Positions 1 through 9,681 of a stretch of 64,000 nucleotides of DNA are shown one piece after another. Location: IMG/VR virus record IMGVR_UViG_3300036770_006511, positions 1 through 64,000 of that record; one strand, given 5' to 3'. The notes beneath the pieces are model-generated. The model searched no databases. It saw only the letters and a program-made list of their open reading frames with translations, and had not been told where the DNA came from. The stretch's first letter is position 1, and each line of letters begins with the position of its first letter. Position numbers and translations under genes: made by a program. The DNA comes from a virus.

Positions 1-769
1 TGATTGATTTAAAGTAGTTCTTAATCTTTTCTACATTCTTTTCATCATCATCTGAGAATCCAATAGTTGCTTTACCAGGTATAAATTTATTTGCAATTCC
101 TTTTTTAAGAAATGCTTGCTTATGTAAGAGCGCTGCCATAGATTTTACATAATTTACAAAATCTGACATCGCTTTGACCTTCGCCTCCTCGGGAGACACG
201 GCATTGTCTTGGTCACCAAAACTTACGGGGTTATAACGGTTGAGTTCCAAATACGAACGAATTAATTCTTCATCGGTCATATTTTCCTCGTTGACAAAGT
301 CTCGGTATTTTTTGAGGTTTTTGATAAGTTCACTTTTTGAAATACCACCAAACTCTTGATTGATGTAGTTGTAAACCGCCTCTTTAATGGTGTTTGGATT
401 GTGACCTCGTGCAGTAATAATTGCAAAAATAGAACCATTGTTTATTGATTCCTTAAAATCTTTCCACGCAGGACCCAATTCTGCATTCAGAGAGTCAATT
501 AAAAACTGTTCGTCACCATCTACACCAAAAAAGCGAAAAGGATTATCCGCATAATCCACAACAGTTTTACCGTCGTAATCAAAGTCTTCGATTCCGATTT
601 TATCTCTAAAAGTTGCAAAGTCCTCAGTTGACATTTCTACCTCATCTCCCTTATCATTTAACAAAATGATTTTGGTGGGCATGTGTACTAAGTTGTCATC
701 CCAATCAAAAGCATAGTATTTGAGGTCGGGAGTTCCACTTTTAAAGACTTCAGTCGGTTTAGTTTTCAT
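1..769 (-). CDS. HAD-superfamily hydrolase-like phage protein (3' end runs off the window)
   Basis: Not in the ORF track. Manual translation from ATG at 769 gives MKTKPTEVFKSGTPDLKYYAFDWDDNLVHMPT...AIITARGH...IGFSDDDERN, with HAD motifs I (DxD), II (T) and IV (DD); the frame is open to the window edge. Confidence 0.7.
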   Translation of the reverse strand, partial: MKTKPTEVFKSGTPDLKYYAFDWDDNLVHMPTKIILLNDKGDEVEMSTEDFATFRDKIGIEDFDYDGKTVVDYADNPFRFFGVDGDEQFLIDSLNAELGPAWKDFKESINNGSIFAIITARGHNPNTIKEAVYNYINQEFGGISKSELIKNLKKYRDFVNEENMTDEELIRSYLELNRYNPVSFGDQDNAVSPEEAKVKAMSDFVNYVKSMAALLHKQAFLKKGIANKFIPGKATIGFSDDDEKNVEKIKNYFKSI

Positions 770-781
770 TTTCAATTAGGC

Positions 782-813
782 AAAAAAAGGGTGGGAAATT
801 GTTTTCCCACCCC
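782..813 (-). terminator. Rho-independent terminator after tail sheath gene
   Basis: Minus strand GGGTGGGAAA-acaa-TTTCCCACCC followed by T7. Confidence 0.85.
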
Positions 814-820
814 AAATATA

Positions 821-3800
821 TTAAATATTTTCGAAAGATGCACCAGTTGGTGTAATCAAGAATTCAATATCAATGAATTCGAGAGCCTTCGTTGGTTTGA
901 GGTAAATCTTACCTGTAAGAGTGTTTCTATCCAAATCTTCAGGTGTTGATGCTACCGTAACTCTAAAGTCATACAAACCACGGTCTCTTCTGATTGCGTC
1001 CAAGATTGGGTTTACCGAGTCTAAGAATTGCTGTCTTACAATCTCGTCGTTTTGTTCGAACAACAATCTAACTGCGACCGCGGAAATCAACTTTCTTGCT
1101 TGTAATAACAATCTTCTTACATTCAAACGGTTGAGTGCCGTATCTCGTACTTGAAGAGTTTTGTTACCCCAAATAACAGTACCCACATCAGAGAACGTAG
1201 CAATTGGGTTGATTCTACCTTGATACAAAGTATCCCTGTCTTCTTGAGTTAATTTCAATCTTGCTTTGACTGAGTTTACCAGACCTCTTGTGTAACCCGC
1301 GGATGCGAACCAAGGGAAGGAAATGTTATCGGTTAACGCTAAGTTTCTACAAACCTGACCTGTAGGTGGTATGTAAAGTTGAGTGTTATTTACCGTGTCT
1401 CTTTCCAAAATCCAAGGGTAGTAAGTTGCGGTATAGGATGAATCAATACCTGTTTGGTCAAGATTATCTACCGCCTCTTGAGGGTAAATAATTTCAAACT
1501 GAGAACTACCATCCGCAGTGTACATATTGTAATCAGGACTTGTTACGATATAAACAGAGTCAGACCTTTCATTTTCAATCATACCGATTGCTAATTCACA
1601 AAGGTTTGAGTTATTTACGTAATCAATTCCTGGAGTTGCAAAAACATTAATGTTGGTTGATTCAGGATTTGCAAATGACAACTGTCCCAACAGGTAAGCG
1701 TAGTAATCGGTGTTAGCAAAATCTTGGGTGTTATCACCTACGACAATACGTTTGAATGTGCCGTCACCAGATGCGTTAGGATATCTTTGGGTCGGTGTTG
1801 CGCCTTGAAGGTAACCTGATGCCCCAAGTGCAAATCTGTCTTGGTTAGTTCTGAATTCTCTATAGATGTCCCAACCATCGAATCCTCCTTGGAAAACACA
1901 AGTGAATTTTCTTGAGTAAAGGAAGTAATATGGATTGTCTTGTGAGGTTGGTTCGTCATCGAAACTAGCAACACCACATACGAATGCCGGTGTACCACTA
2001 GTCACTTGTGAATTTGCAATGGTAATAATAGTTGCTCCTGAATCCATATGGAAACCTTTAGTTTGATAATTCCAAGGTTCTGAATTTGTTGCCAAATCCC
2101 AACCAACAACAGGATTTTTCTTTCCTTTGTATTGTAACAAATCACTATCGATTCCGAATTGTGTTGAAATACCTAAGTATGTTCTTCTAACAATGTCACC
2201 TGAAGAGGTTACAATGTTACTTCCACCAGCAGTTGTTCCAAATGGTGGGTCAAATACTGTTTCACCTGGGAAGTAGTATTTGTTCTTTATAATTGGGAAA
2301 GGTGATGGATTTGTAGCACTTTCGTAAACTCTTTCTTCCAAACCATAAAAACCACAAGGAAGTGCATCTATCGGATATTCATCAGAAAGTTCCACCATAA
2401 CGTATGCAGAATTCAATGGATACTCACCATCCGAAGAACCAATCTTTTTAGCAACAAAACTATTTGAACTTGGGTCCATAGTACAGTTAGTGAACTTCTC
2501 GTAAACAACAGGATTTGCATCCGTATCAAAAAAGTCTCTTACTTGAACATCAAAGGTTAAGTTATTGAATGAAATGTTAGCAATAGAAATTTTGACTTGA
2601 GTGTTAGCCGCGTTTCCATCAGAGATTGCAACAAATCTGAATAGTTCATATACAGTGTTACCTCTAAGTTCAGATACAAAGAATGGTGTCTTTGGTGTTT
2701 GATATTGTTCTAAATACCATCCGATTGAAGTAGTCGAACTCTTATCCCTTGCTCCGGGAAGTGCAATCAAATCACATTTGACTCCTCTGACATACCCTTT
2801 ATTGAAACCATAATTAAGCATTCCCAAATAAGATTCCTCAACATAAATTGGAACATCTTGTCTTGGTTTAGAGAAATTAGTGACCCCTAAAACTTTTGTA
2901 ATGTAATTCGAGTTTGTTGAGTTGAATGATGTATCGAATGAGAATGTTTTTCCTTCGAAGGTTACACCACTTAATTGGAATGTTGCGAAAGGACTTTGTG
3001 AAATTCCCGAGTAAGCCCCAGTACATACTAAATTCAAATCTGTCAAACCAGTAACTTGGTATTGAGGTCCATGGTCGTCTGCATCATAGATTGAGATACC
3101 ACGTGAACGTATTGTTGCAAGAATCAGGTTATTCCACTCTGAATATGCAGTTCCCGAATATGTGTACAAGTTACCTGATAAAGTTCCTGTGAAACTTCCT
3201 GTAGCACCAGTTACGAAATTAGTAACACTGTAGTACCAAGAATAACCCGAATAAGAATTAGATGTGGTTACATCGAAAGTCGCGTAGTACCAAGGGTCGT
3301 TATCACCATCAGTCAAGTCTGCAAAATCTAAACTCAAATTATCACAACCAAATTCGTTTGATAAAATACCATAAGATGAGTTCAAAGAGTCATAATCGGT
3401 AGTCGGAATAGAACCATATACGTTTGCTGTGGTTGCTGACACTGTTGTGTTTGCGGAAATGCTAATCATAAAGTTGAATAAATCCGCATTGTAAGTTGAT
3501 GTTGAACCATCAATTAACGAGTAAGAAGTACTCAATGAATTAGATAAAATCGCGGGTAAACCAGATGATAAAGTAAGGGTAGTACCCGACGTGTATCCTG
3601 TGAAAGTTACTGAGAATGGTACGGTTGCAATTGAAGAATTAATACCAACAGTTTGACCGTCAACGTTAGCCACCGCTTGTAATGACCAAGAAGGCCCTGC
3701 ATCATAACCCGATAAACCTAAAATACGGGTTACAAAAAGTTGGTTAGATTGTTGAAGATACGCTTTAGCAATATAAGCGGCTTCATATTTTGGAATTTGT

Positions 3801-4027
3801 GTTCCAATAAATTTTTCAGGTATCGTTCCCCCGAAAAATGTCTGAAACTCATTGAAATTTGTTACGAAGATTGGCTCGAAAGCGGGACCTCTTAAAGTCT
3901 CCCCGACCAAACCTAATGTGGTTACACCCACACTTTGAGCAACAAATGATAAGTCAGTTTCCGATGTATAGACTCCGGGAGAAACAAAAACTTTCTGATT
4001 TGCTTGTGATGTTACTTGAAAAAACAT
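821..4027 (-). CDS. Contractile tail sheath protein
   Basis: N-terminal SPGVYTSETDLS; C-terminal PWFASAGYTRG, RDTLYQGRINPI, WGNKTLQ, LNVRRLL, IYLKPTKALEFIDIEF sheath motifs; large Ser/Thr/Gly-rich insertions. Confidence 0.95.
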   Translation of the reverse strand: MFFQVTSQANQKVFVSPGVYTSETDLSFVAQSVGVTTLGLVGETLRGPAFEPIFVTNFNEFQTFFGGTIPEKFIGTQIPKYEAAYIAKAYLQQSNQLFVTRILGLSGYDAGPSWSLQAVANVDGQTVGINSSIATVPFSVTFTGYTSGTTLTLSSGLPAILSNSLSTSYSLIDGSTSTYNADLFNFMISISANTTVSATTANVYGSIPTTDYDSLNSSYGILSNEFGCDNLSLDFADLTDGDNDPWYYATFDVTTSNSYSGYSWYYSVTNFVTGATGSFTGTLSGNLYTYSGTAYSEWNNLILATIRSRGISIYDADDHGPQYQVTGLTDLNLVCTGAYSGISQSPFATFQLSGVTFEGKTFSFDTSFNSTNSNYITKVLGVTNFSKPRQDVPIYVEESYLGMLNYGFNKGYVRGVKCDLIALPGARDKSSTTSIGWYLEQYQTPKTPFFVSELRGNTVYELFRFVAISDGNAANTQVKISIANISFNNLTFDVQVRDFFDTDANPVVYEKFTNCTMDPSSNSFVAKKIGSSDGEYPLNSAYVMVELSDEYPIDALPCGFYGLEERVYESATNPSPFPIIKNKYYFPGETVFDPPFGTTAGGSNIVTSSGDIVRRTYLGISTQFGIDSDLLQYKGKKNPVVGWDLATNSEPWNYQTKGFHMDSGATIITIANSQVTSGTPAFVCGVASFDDEPTSQDNPYYFLYSRKFTCVFQGGFDGWDIYREFRTNQDRFALGASGYLQGATPTQRYPNASGDGTFKRIVVGDNTQDFANTDYYAYLLGQLSFANPESTNINVFATPGIDYVNNSNLCELAIGMIENERSDSVYIVTSPDYNMYTADGSSQFEIIYPQEAVDNLDQTGIDSSYTATYYPWILERDTVNNTQLYIPPTGQVCRNLALTDNISFPWFASAGYTRGLVNSVKARLKLTQEDRDTLYQGRINPIATFSDVGTVIWGNKTLQVRDTALNRLNVRRLLLQARKLISAVAVRLLFEQNDEIVRQQFLDSVNPILDAIRRDRGLYDFRVTVASTPEDLDRNTLTGKIYLKPTKALEFIDIEFLITPTGASFENI

Positions 4028-4063
4028 TTTTTAAATTTTTCTTATTCGGTTTTATTTTATTAG

Positions 4064-4070
4064 ATAAATA
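4064..4070 (-). promoter_or_regulatory. TATTTAT motif, putative late promoter of sheath gene
   Basis: Same motif recurs upstream of about 15 mostly structural genes. Confidence 0.6.
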
Positions 4071-4150
4071 TTTGATTTAAAACGAAAAAACTTGACTTTT
4101 GAATATGTATTATTAAAGGGTATGTTTTTTTTCTACCTTTTTTCTGCCTT

Positions 4151-4312
4151 GTGAAAAAAAGTCCTAAAACAATCAAAAACCTTAAAATATCCGAAAGTAC
4201 CCATGAGGTACTAAAAAAACATTGTGAAAAAAATGGTTTGAAGATGTATAAGTTTTTAGAAAAACTTATTTTGGACAATTGTAAAGAAACTAAAGATATC
4301 TACGGGGAGTAG
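4151..4312 (+). CDS. Small ribbon-helix-helix DNA-binding protein (53 aa, GTG start)
   Basis: Not in the ORF track. MKKSPKTIKNLKISESTHEVLKKHCEKNGLKMYKFLEKLILDNCKETKDIYGE has a strand-helix-G-helix RHH pattern and fills the gap, ending next to the stop of the convergent gene. Confidence 0.7.
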   Translation: MKKSPKTIKNLKISESTHEVLKKHCEKNGLKMYKFLEKLILDNCKETKDIYGE

Positions 4313-5377
4313 TTAAACTAACTTAGATTCAAATAGAATCAAAGCCTCTTCACCAACATTTGTTTTAGTGATATCGACTCTAAAAATGTCACCGGTGTTC
4401 AGTTGTATTACAGATACATTCTGTCCGTAATAGTCACCATTAATGTAAACATCATATGTGTTTACATTTGATGATGAGATAAAAGAAAGATTAACTCGAT
4501 AATCTACTTGGTCATCAACTAAAGAAGTATTACCTGAAGTATAAAAAAGGCGGTACTCGAATTCATCAGGATTAGAAGGAATTGTTTGTGCTCTTAACCC
4601 TTTTGGGACTTGTGTATCAACTTCGAAAAGTTGGACTACTCGAGAAATTGCTGGTTTGACTTCAAATTCCTCCTCGTCAATAAGATACCCCAACATGGTG
4701 AAATCATAACTTTGGATGTAGTAGTTTCTCCTCTCAACATCAATTACAGATTCATCTGAAATGTTGTTCATAATAATTGGAACATACTGTCCTTTGATGA
4801 ACGTGTAGGCTTGTCTTGATGAAAAAGTTTGTAAAACATTTTTGTTGAATGTGTTTAACTCTCTCATTCGGTTACAGATAATTTTTACACTGTAATTTAT
4901 ATCCACAGGTACTGGTTGAGGAATAGTATAAACGTCGTACCCTTTTTGATTACCATTCCAAGTGGGGACTGTGGCGTAATAAAATTGTTTTCTAACGGGA
5001 ATTGTATACTGAGTTGAGGGGTTGGTTCCATACTTTACCTCAGGTTGACGGACTAAGGTAATGAAAGGAAGTTGAACGTTGAAATCATCGTCCTTGAAAT
5101 TCCAAGTTTCAGTGAATTGAGACCACCTTTGGTTGGTTATGATTTTATCAATAACATTAATATCCTTTCCTGATACGGTCGTTTTTAATTCGTTCTTTAC
5201 AAACTCAAGCATTCCCCCATCTAAATCGGCATGAAGTACACTCTGAGGAAGGTAAGTTCCATCCTCATTAATAAACTCAAGTAATTGGTGTCTTCTCGCC
5301 GACAAAGTTTTGGGAGGAACCAAATCAATATCCATTTTGATTTGTTTCTTGAATATGGGATTTTTAGGAAGTGCCAT
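4313..5377 (-). CDS. Putative tail completion / sheath terminator (T4 gp15-like)
   Basis: Lies between head-closure and sheath genes; LPFITLVR and PQPVPVDINYSVKI resemble the gp15-type PVPxxxxY motif. Confidence 0.55.
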   Translation of the reverse strand: MALPKNPIFKKQIKMDIDLVPPKTLSARRHQLLEFINEDGTYLPQSVLHADLDGGMLEFVKNELKTTVSGKDINVIDKIITNQRWSQFTETWNFKDDDFNVQLPFITLVRQPEVKYGTNPSTQYTIPVRKQFYYATVPTWNGNQKGYDVYTIPQPVPVDINYSVKIICNRMRELNTFNKNVLQTFSSRQAYTFIKGQYVPIIMNNISDESVIDVERRNYYIQSYDFTMLGYLIDEEEFEVKPAISRVVQLFEVDTQVPKGLRAQTIPSNPDEFEYRLFYTSGNTSLVDDQVDYRVNLSFISSSNVNTYDVYINGDYYGQNVSVIQLNTGDIFRVDITKTNVGEEALILFESKLV

Positions 5378-5892
5378 TAGGTACCAAAGAATTCGTTCTG
5401 ACTTGTTGGTGTTGCAATAATTGTTCTGTAGAACGGTTTGTAACCACCATAAGTATGTTTATTGTCTGACACGACACGACCATCATCTGAAACGGTGTAG
5501 TATCTAACCTTACTTTCAGACTCATAATATCCGAGGTAATCTCCGTATTGAATATCAACCCCCAATTCTTCAAGGTATGCTTGGTAGACAGAGAACCTCA
5601 TGTTACCAGGTTCGTTTTGTTCCACTCTTGAAGTACCGAGACGTTGAGCTGTTGGACCCAAGATTTGTACGTAACCCTTGAGTTCCACAGGAGCCAAGAA
5701 CTGAATTCCTCCTTCGGGGGATTCACCGTAAACGTCATCAATACGAGTGCGGTATCTGTCGATACGATATAATACCACAGTAAAGTTCATATCACCCTCG
5801 AGCCATTCTTGACCCATGGAGATATCCAAACTGTAGTCCTCACCACCGAAGAACTTTCCTAACCTTGTAATTGGAACTAACTTCTCTGCCAT
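5377..5892 (-). CDS. Putative head closure / neck protein (gp14-like)
   Basis: VVLYRID..IDDVYGE and IQYGDYLGY pattern typical of head-closure proteins; genomic context; TATTTAT upstream. Confidence 0.55.
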   Translation of the reverse strand: MAEKLVPITRLGKFFGGEDYSLDISMGQEWLEGDMNFTVVLYRIDRYRTRIDDVYGESPEGGIQFLAPVELKGYVQILGPTAQRLGTSRVEQNEPGNMRFSVYQAYLEELGVDIQYGDYLGYYESESKVRYYTVSDDGRVVSDNKHTYGGYKPFYRTIIATPTSQNEFFGT

Positions 5893-5902
5893 AATGAATA
5901 TA

Positions 5903-5931
5903 TTGATAAATACCTGTTTTTAAGTTATATT
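5903..5931 (+). promoter_or_regulatory. Putative early/middle promoter TTGATA-N17-TATATT, overlapping a divergent TATTTAT motif (5906-5912, minus)
   Basis: Hexamers and 17-nt spacer read directly upstream of the SET gene. Confidence 0.5.
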
Positions 5932-5947
5932 TTAAATAAAAAAAACT

Positions 5948-6343
5948 ATGGAACTTATCTTACCCACCAAGATTACGGTCAAATCAAGTGACATACACGG
6001 ATTGGGTGTGTTCGCTACCAAGAAAATTAAGAAAGGAGAAATCATCGAGGAATGTCCACTGATGGTTTTACCAATTGAACCTGGTCAGACAAGTGGTTTG
6101 TTTATGAATCACCGTTTTGCTTGGCCAAAAGGTATCGGTTGGTACCAACACGTTGTTGCGATGGGTTATGCATCCTACTACAACCATTCCGATACACCAA
6201 ACGCAGATTGGGAAAACAACATGGAAAATGGTACTTTCTATTTTCGTGCCCTGACTGATATTAAACCAGGTGAGGAAATTTTTGTTTGGTACGGTGATGA
6301 AAATTACTGGTCAGACGGGCGTTCGGATATTGAAATTAAATAA
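5948..6343 (+). CDS. SET-domain protein-lysine methyltransferase
   Basis: HGLGVFATKKIKKGEII, YNHSDTPNA, ALTDIKPGEEIFVWYG SET motifs. Confidence 0.9.
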   Translation: MELILPTKITVKSSDIHGLGVFATKKIKKGEIIEECPLMVLPIEPGQTSGLFMNHRFAWPKGIGWYQHVVAMGYASYYNHSDTPNADWENNMENGTFYFRALTDIKPGEEIFVWYGDENYWSDGRSDIEIK

Positions 6344-8097
6344 TGTCGGTTGGAACAACTATAGAATCCAAAGCCATCTCTATTTTAGAGAACTATCAAG
6401 GGGCTAACAATTATATTTTGGGATTAAAACTCAAGTTAGAGAAAAATTCCAAATTTTATCCCACGCGTAGTCAGTCTGAATATATTTTAAACAATCACGA
6501 TAAAAACCCCCTTGTTGCTAAAAAGTGGGTGGTTTTGGATTCTTATTTTGCCAACAAAATTGCCGACGAAAGATTTTTGATGACCATACCCGAAAGGATG
6601 TGGATTGAAAAACTTCTCTCTGAGAAGGACAAAGCATATCACATTTGGGGTAAGTTTAACGAGGGGGACCAACTATCTGACATGTGGATTCCCAAAGCGG
6701 CAATCATTAAGGACAATAAGGTTGAAATTAAAGAAGTGGATTACTCGAAGTATTCACATCGTCCACCATTGGACCACCAAAAGATTGCCATCGAAGAACT
6801 CCTCAAAAACAAAAAGTATATCTTGGCGGATGATATGGGTTTGGGGAAAACAACCTCCACTATAATTGCGTCCTTAGAAACGGGGGCTAAGAAAATCCTA
6901 ATCATTTGTCCCGCATCTCTGAAAATTAACTGGCAAAGAGAATACCAACTCTACAGTGAAAAAATCAGTTATGTTTGCGAAGGAAAAAATTATTCGGAGG
7001 ACGCTGAGATTGTCATCATGAACTATGACATTATCAAAAACTTCCACGATTCAAAAGACAGAAAAAACTCAATCATCTTGAACTCAAAGTTTGATTTGGT
7101 AATCATCGACGAGGCACACTATATTCAAAACGTTCAGGCACAAAGAACAAAACTAATTAACGACTTGGTTAGAGACATTGAAAGATTGTGGTTACTCACA
7201 GGAACCCCTATGACATCTCGACCGATTAATTACTTTAACCTTTTATCCCTTGTGGATTCCCCTGTCGCGAAAAATTGGATGGCGTATGTTGTTAGATATT
7301 GTGCGGGATATCAGTTCAAAGTGGGACCAAGAAAAGTTTGGAACGTGATGGGTGCTTCCAATTTAGAGGAACTAAGAGACAGAACCTCGGCTACAGTTCT
7401 GAGAAGATTGAAAGAAGATGTTTTGGATTTACCCGACAAAATTATCACTCCTGTTTACCTTAGACTTCGTTCAAAAATGTACGAAGAGGTCATGGGTGAT
7501 TACTACAATTGGTACGACAAGAACCCCGATGAAAGTAAAAACCTTTCAATTCAATTTACAAAACTAACTCAAGTTCGACAGGTGATTGCGGATGAAAAGA
7601 CACAACACACAATTGAACTTGCGGAAAACATTGTGGAGCAAGGAAAAAAGGTTATTATCTTCTGCAATTTCACAAAATCACTTGAGGTCATCTGTAATCA
7701 CTTTGGAAAAAGTGCAGTTCGGTTGGATGGTTCAATGAGTAAAATCCAAAGACAAGATGCTGTCGACCGTTTCCAAGAGGATGAAAAAGTAAAAGTTTTC
7801 GTGGGTAACATAAAAGCCGCTGGTGTTGGAATCACCCTCACCGCCGCGGAAGCTGTTATTATGAACGACCTGTCGTTCCTACCCTCAGACCATAGCCAGT
7901 CTGAAGACCGTGCGTACAGATACGGACAAAAAAATAATGTTTTGGTCTACTACCCAATTTTTGAAAACACAATCGAGGGTATTATTTACGACATATTAAA
8001 CAACAAAAAAAGAATTATTGCCACAGTCATGGGTGACACACCCGATGAAACAAATATTGTTGAAGAAATTTTAAACAGTATCAATCAAAGGAGATAA
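6343..8097 (+). CDS. SNF2-family (SMARCAL1/HARP-like) helicase/ATPase
   Basis: LADDMGLGKT, DEAH, LTGTP, RRLKEDVL, AAGVGITLT, QSEDRAYRYGQ. Confidence 0.93.
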   Translation: MSVGTTIESKAISILENYQGANNYILGLKLKLEKNSKFYPTRSQSEYILNNHDKNPLVAKKWVVLDSYFANKIADERFLMTIPERMWIEKLLSEKDKAYHIWGKFNEGDQLSDMWIPKAAIIKDNKVEIKEVDYSKYSHRPPLDHQKIAIEELLKNKKYILADDMGLGKTTSTIIASLETGAKKILIICPASLKINWQREYQLYSEKISYVCEGKNYSEDAEIVIMNYDIIKNFHDSKDRKNSIILNSKFDLVIIDEAHYIQNVQAQRTKLINDLVRDIERLWLLTGTPMTSRPINYFNLLSLVDSPVAKNWMAYVVRYCAGYQFKVGPRKVWNVMGASNLEELRDRTSATVLRRLKEDVLDLPDKIITPVYLRLRSKMYEEVMGDYYNWYDKNPDESKNLSIQFTKLTQVRQVIADEKTQHTIELAENIVEQGKKVIIFCNFTKSLEVICNHFGKSAVRLDGSMSKIQRQDAVDRFQEDEKVKVFVGNIKAAGVGITLTAAEAVIMNDLSFLPSDHSQSEDRAYRYGQKNNVLVYYPIFENTIEGIIYDILNNKKRIIATVMGDTPDETNIVEEILNSINQRR

Positions 8098-8112
8098 TCG
8101 GTAAGTTTCTAT

Positions 8113-8120
8113 TATTTATA
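8113..8120 (+). promoter_or_regulatory. TATTTATA putative late promoter
   Basis: Recurrent motif, 17 nt before SOD start. Confidence 0.6.
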
Positions 8121-8137
8121 GAAAAATATTAAGGACA

Positions 8138-9664
8138 ATGCAACATATACAAGAACAAGTAGAGAAAATAGAAAATCAAATTCTCCACGAAAAGAAAAGA
8201 GAACAAGCCAAAGAAATTTTAAAAGAAGGAAAAAAAATCGGAATTGAAAAACTACCCTACAGTTACTCAGCGGTAAAGAGGTTTATTGATTCCGAGACAA
8301 TGGATGTTCACTATAACAAACACTACAAAGGTTACGTAGATAAACTCAACAACCTATTATCCAAAAGAAAGGGTGACCACGATTTGGAAAGAATCGTAAG
8401 GAACATATCAAGATATCCTAAGGGAGTAAGGGACAATGCTGGTGGTGCTTTCAACCATGCACTTTTTTGGAACATGTTGTCACCCAAACCACAAAGAGTG
8501 GGTAAAAACTTGATGACAAAAATCAAAAAGGACTTCGGAACTTTTGAAAAATTCAAAAAACAATTTGAAGAAGTTGCTAAACAAAGATTCGGCTCAGGTT
8601 GGGTATGGTTAGTGTTAACCAACAAAGGGACACTAAAGATTATGTCTACCCCCAACCAAGATAATCCATTAATGAATGTAATTGAAGGCGGCGGATATCC
8701 ACTTTTAGGCTTAGATTTGTGGGAACATGCATATTACCTCAAATACCGAAACAAAAGAGATGAGTACATCAACAACTTTTGGACTGTTGTCAATTGGGAC
8801 TTTGTGGAAGATATGTTTTTACTTAAGACTGAGACCAAATTATTAGAATCACAAGAAATGGGTAAATTACTTATGGAGACAAAATCAGAGGCGTGCCCAA
8901 GAAACGAAGTGGAAATCTATCGGGAGTTGTTTAACACAAACACCCGAGCAAGAACCCAATACAAAAACACCATCAACGACATTCTCAAGAGATTGTTTCG
9001 TGACAAATACCACAACAAAAGAGAAAATGGTGAAATACCTGGGGTATATGATTTAGAAAAACCAGGTCGCAGTGTCATCAACTACTTGAACACAAACTAT
9101 TCGGTTTTTTGTATTATGGTCCGTGACCTCAACAGAGTTATCACCAAATCTATGGGTGAAAAACCAATTGTTTTTCAAGGTAAAAGTTACGATGACCAAG
9201 TTCAAGAGATGAAGAGAATGTGTAATTACATCGAGCAATTCAGTAATAGAATTTTCGACCCCAATTCACAAACCTTTCATTCCATAATGAATACTTTGAA
9301 AGAAAAAGATAATATTGGGACTCGTAGAGAACTTACGGCAAAGAACCGAATCATGGAGAGCCTACCGAATTTCAAAGTCTCAGTAACCGCAGGAGCGGGA
9401 AAAACCAAAGACGCGGTACAAAAAATCGACATGGAGGTTATCACCGAAAACGGTAAACGTACTGCACAGGTTAAAGGTTACGACGAAATCTTGGAACAAG
9501 ATGGTCGTTTAATTATGACCAAAACGGGTGAGGTTGCAAAATACAATGTTGATTGGATGGTCTTTGTAAAAGGGAGTAAGGTCGTTGTTTTTGAAAACAA
9601 ATGTGAAATCGAAAAGGGAAACTACGTTTTTGACAAAAAGAGTCTGATATACGATTTGAGATAA
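8138..9664 (+). CDS. sod: Fe/Mn superoxide dismutase fused to a ~270-aa C-terminal domain of unknown function
   Basis: LPYSY, HYNKHYKGY, GGAFNHALFW, FGSGWVWL, NQD, DLWEHAYY with all four metal ligands; the long C-terminal extension is not part of SOD. Confidence 0.9.
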   Translation: MQHIQEQVEKIENQILHEKKREQAKEILKEGKKIGIEKLPYSYSAVKRFIDSETMDVHYNKHYKGYVDKLNNLLSKRKGDHDLERIVRNISRYPKGVRDNAGGAFNHALFWNMLSPKPQRVGKNLMTKIKKDFGTFEKFKKQFEEVAKQRFGSGWVWLVLTNKGTLKIMSTPNQDNPLMNVIEGGGYPLLGLDLWEHAYYLKYRNKRDEYINNFWTVVNWDFVEDMFLLKTETKLLESQEMGKLLMETKSEACPRNEVEIYRELFNTNTRARTQYKNTINDILKRLFRDKYHNKRENGEIPGVYDLEKPGRSVINYLNTNYSVFCIMVRDLNRVITKSMGEKPIVFQGKSYDDQVQEMKRMCNYIEQFSNRIFDPNSQTFHSIMNTLKEKDNIGTRRELTAKNRIMESLPNFKVSVTAGAGKTKDAVQKIDMEVITENGKRTAQVKGYDEILEQDGRLIMTKTGEVAKYNVDWMVFVKGSKVVVFENKCEIEKGNYVFDKKSLIYDLR

Positions 9665-9670
9665 TCGCGG

Positions 9671-9678
9671 TATTTATA
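9671..9678 (+). promoter_or_regulatory. TATTTATA putative late promoter
   Basis: Recurrent motif, 3 nt before neck gene ATG. Confidence 0.6.
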
Positions 9679-9681
9679 GGT

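Noticed and set aside
4060-4278. 72-aa minus-strand track ORF
   Set aside because: Low-complexity antisense of the better-supported RHH gene at 4151-4312
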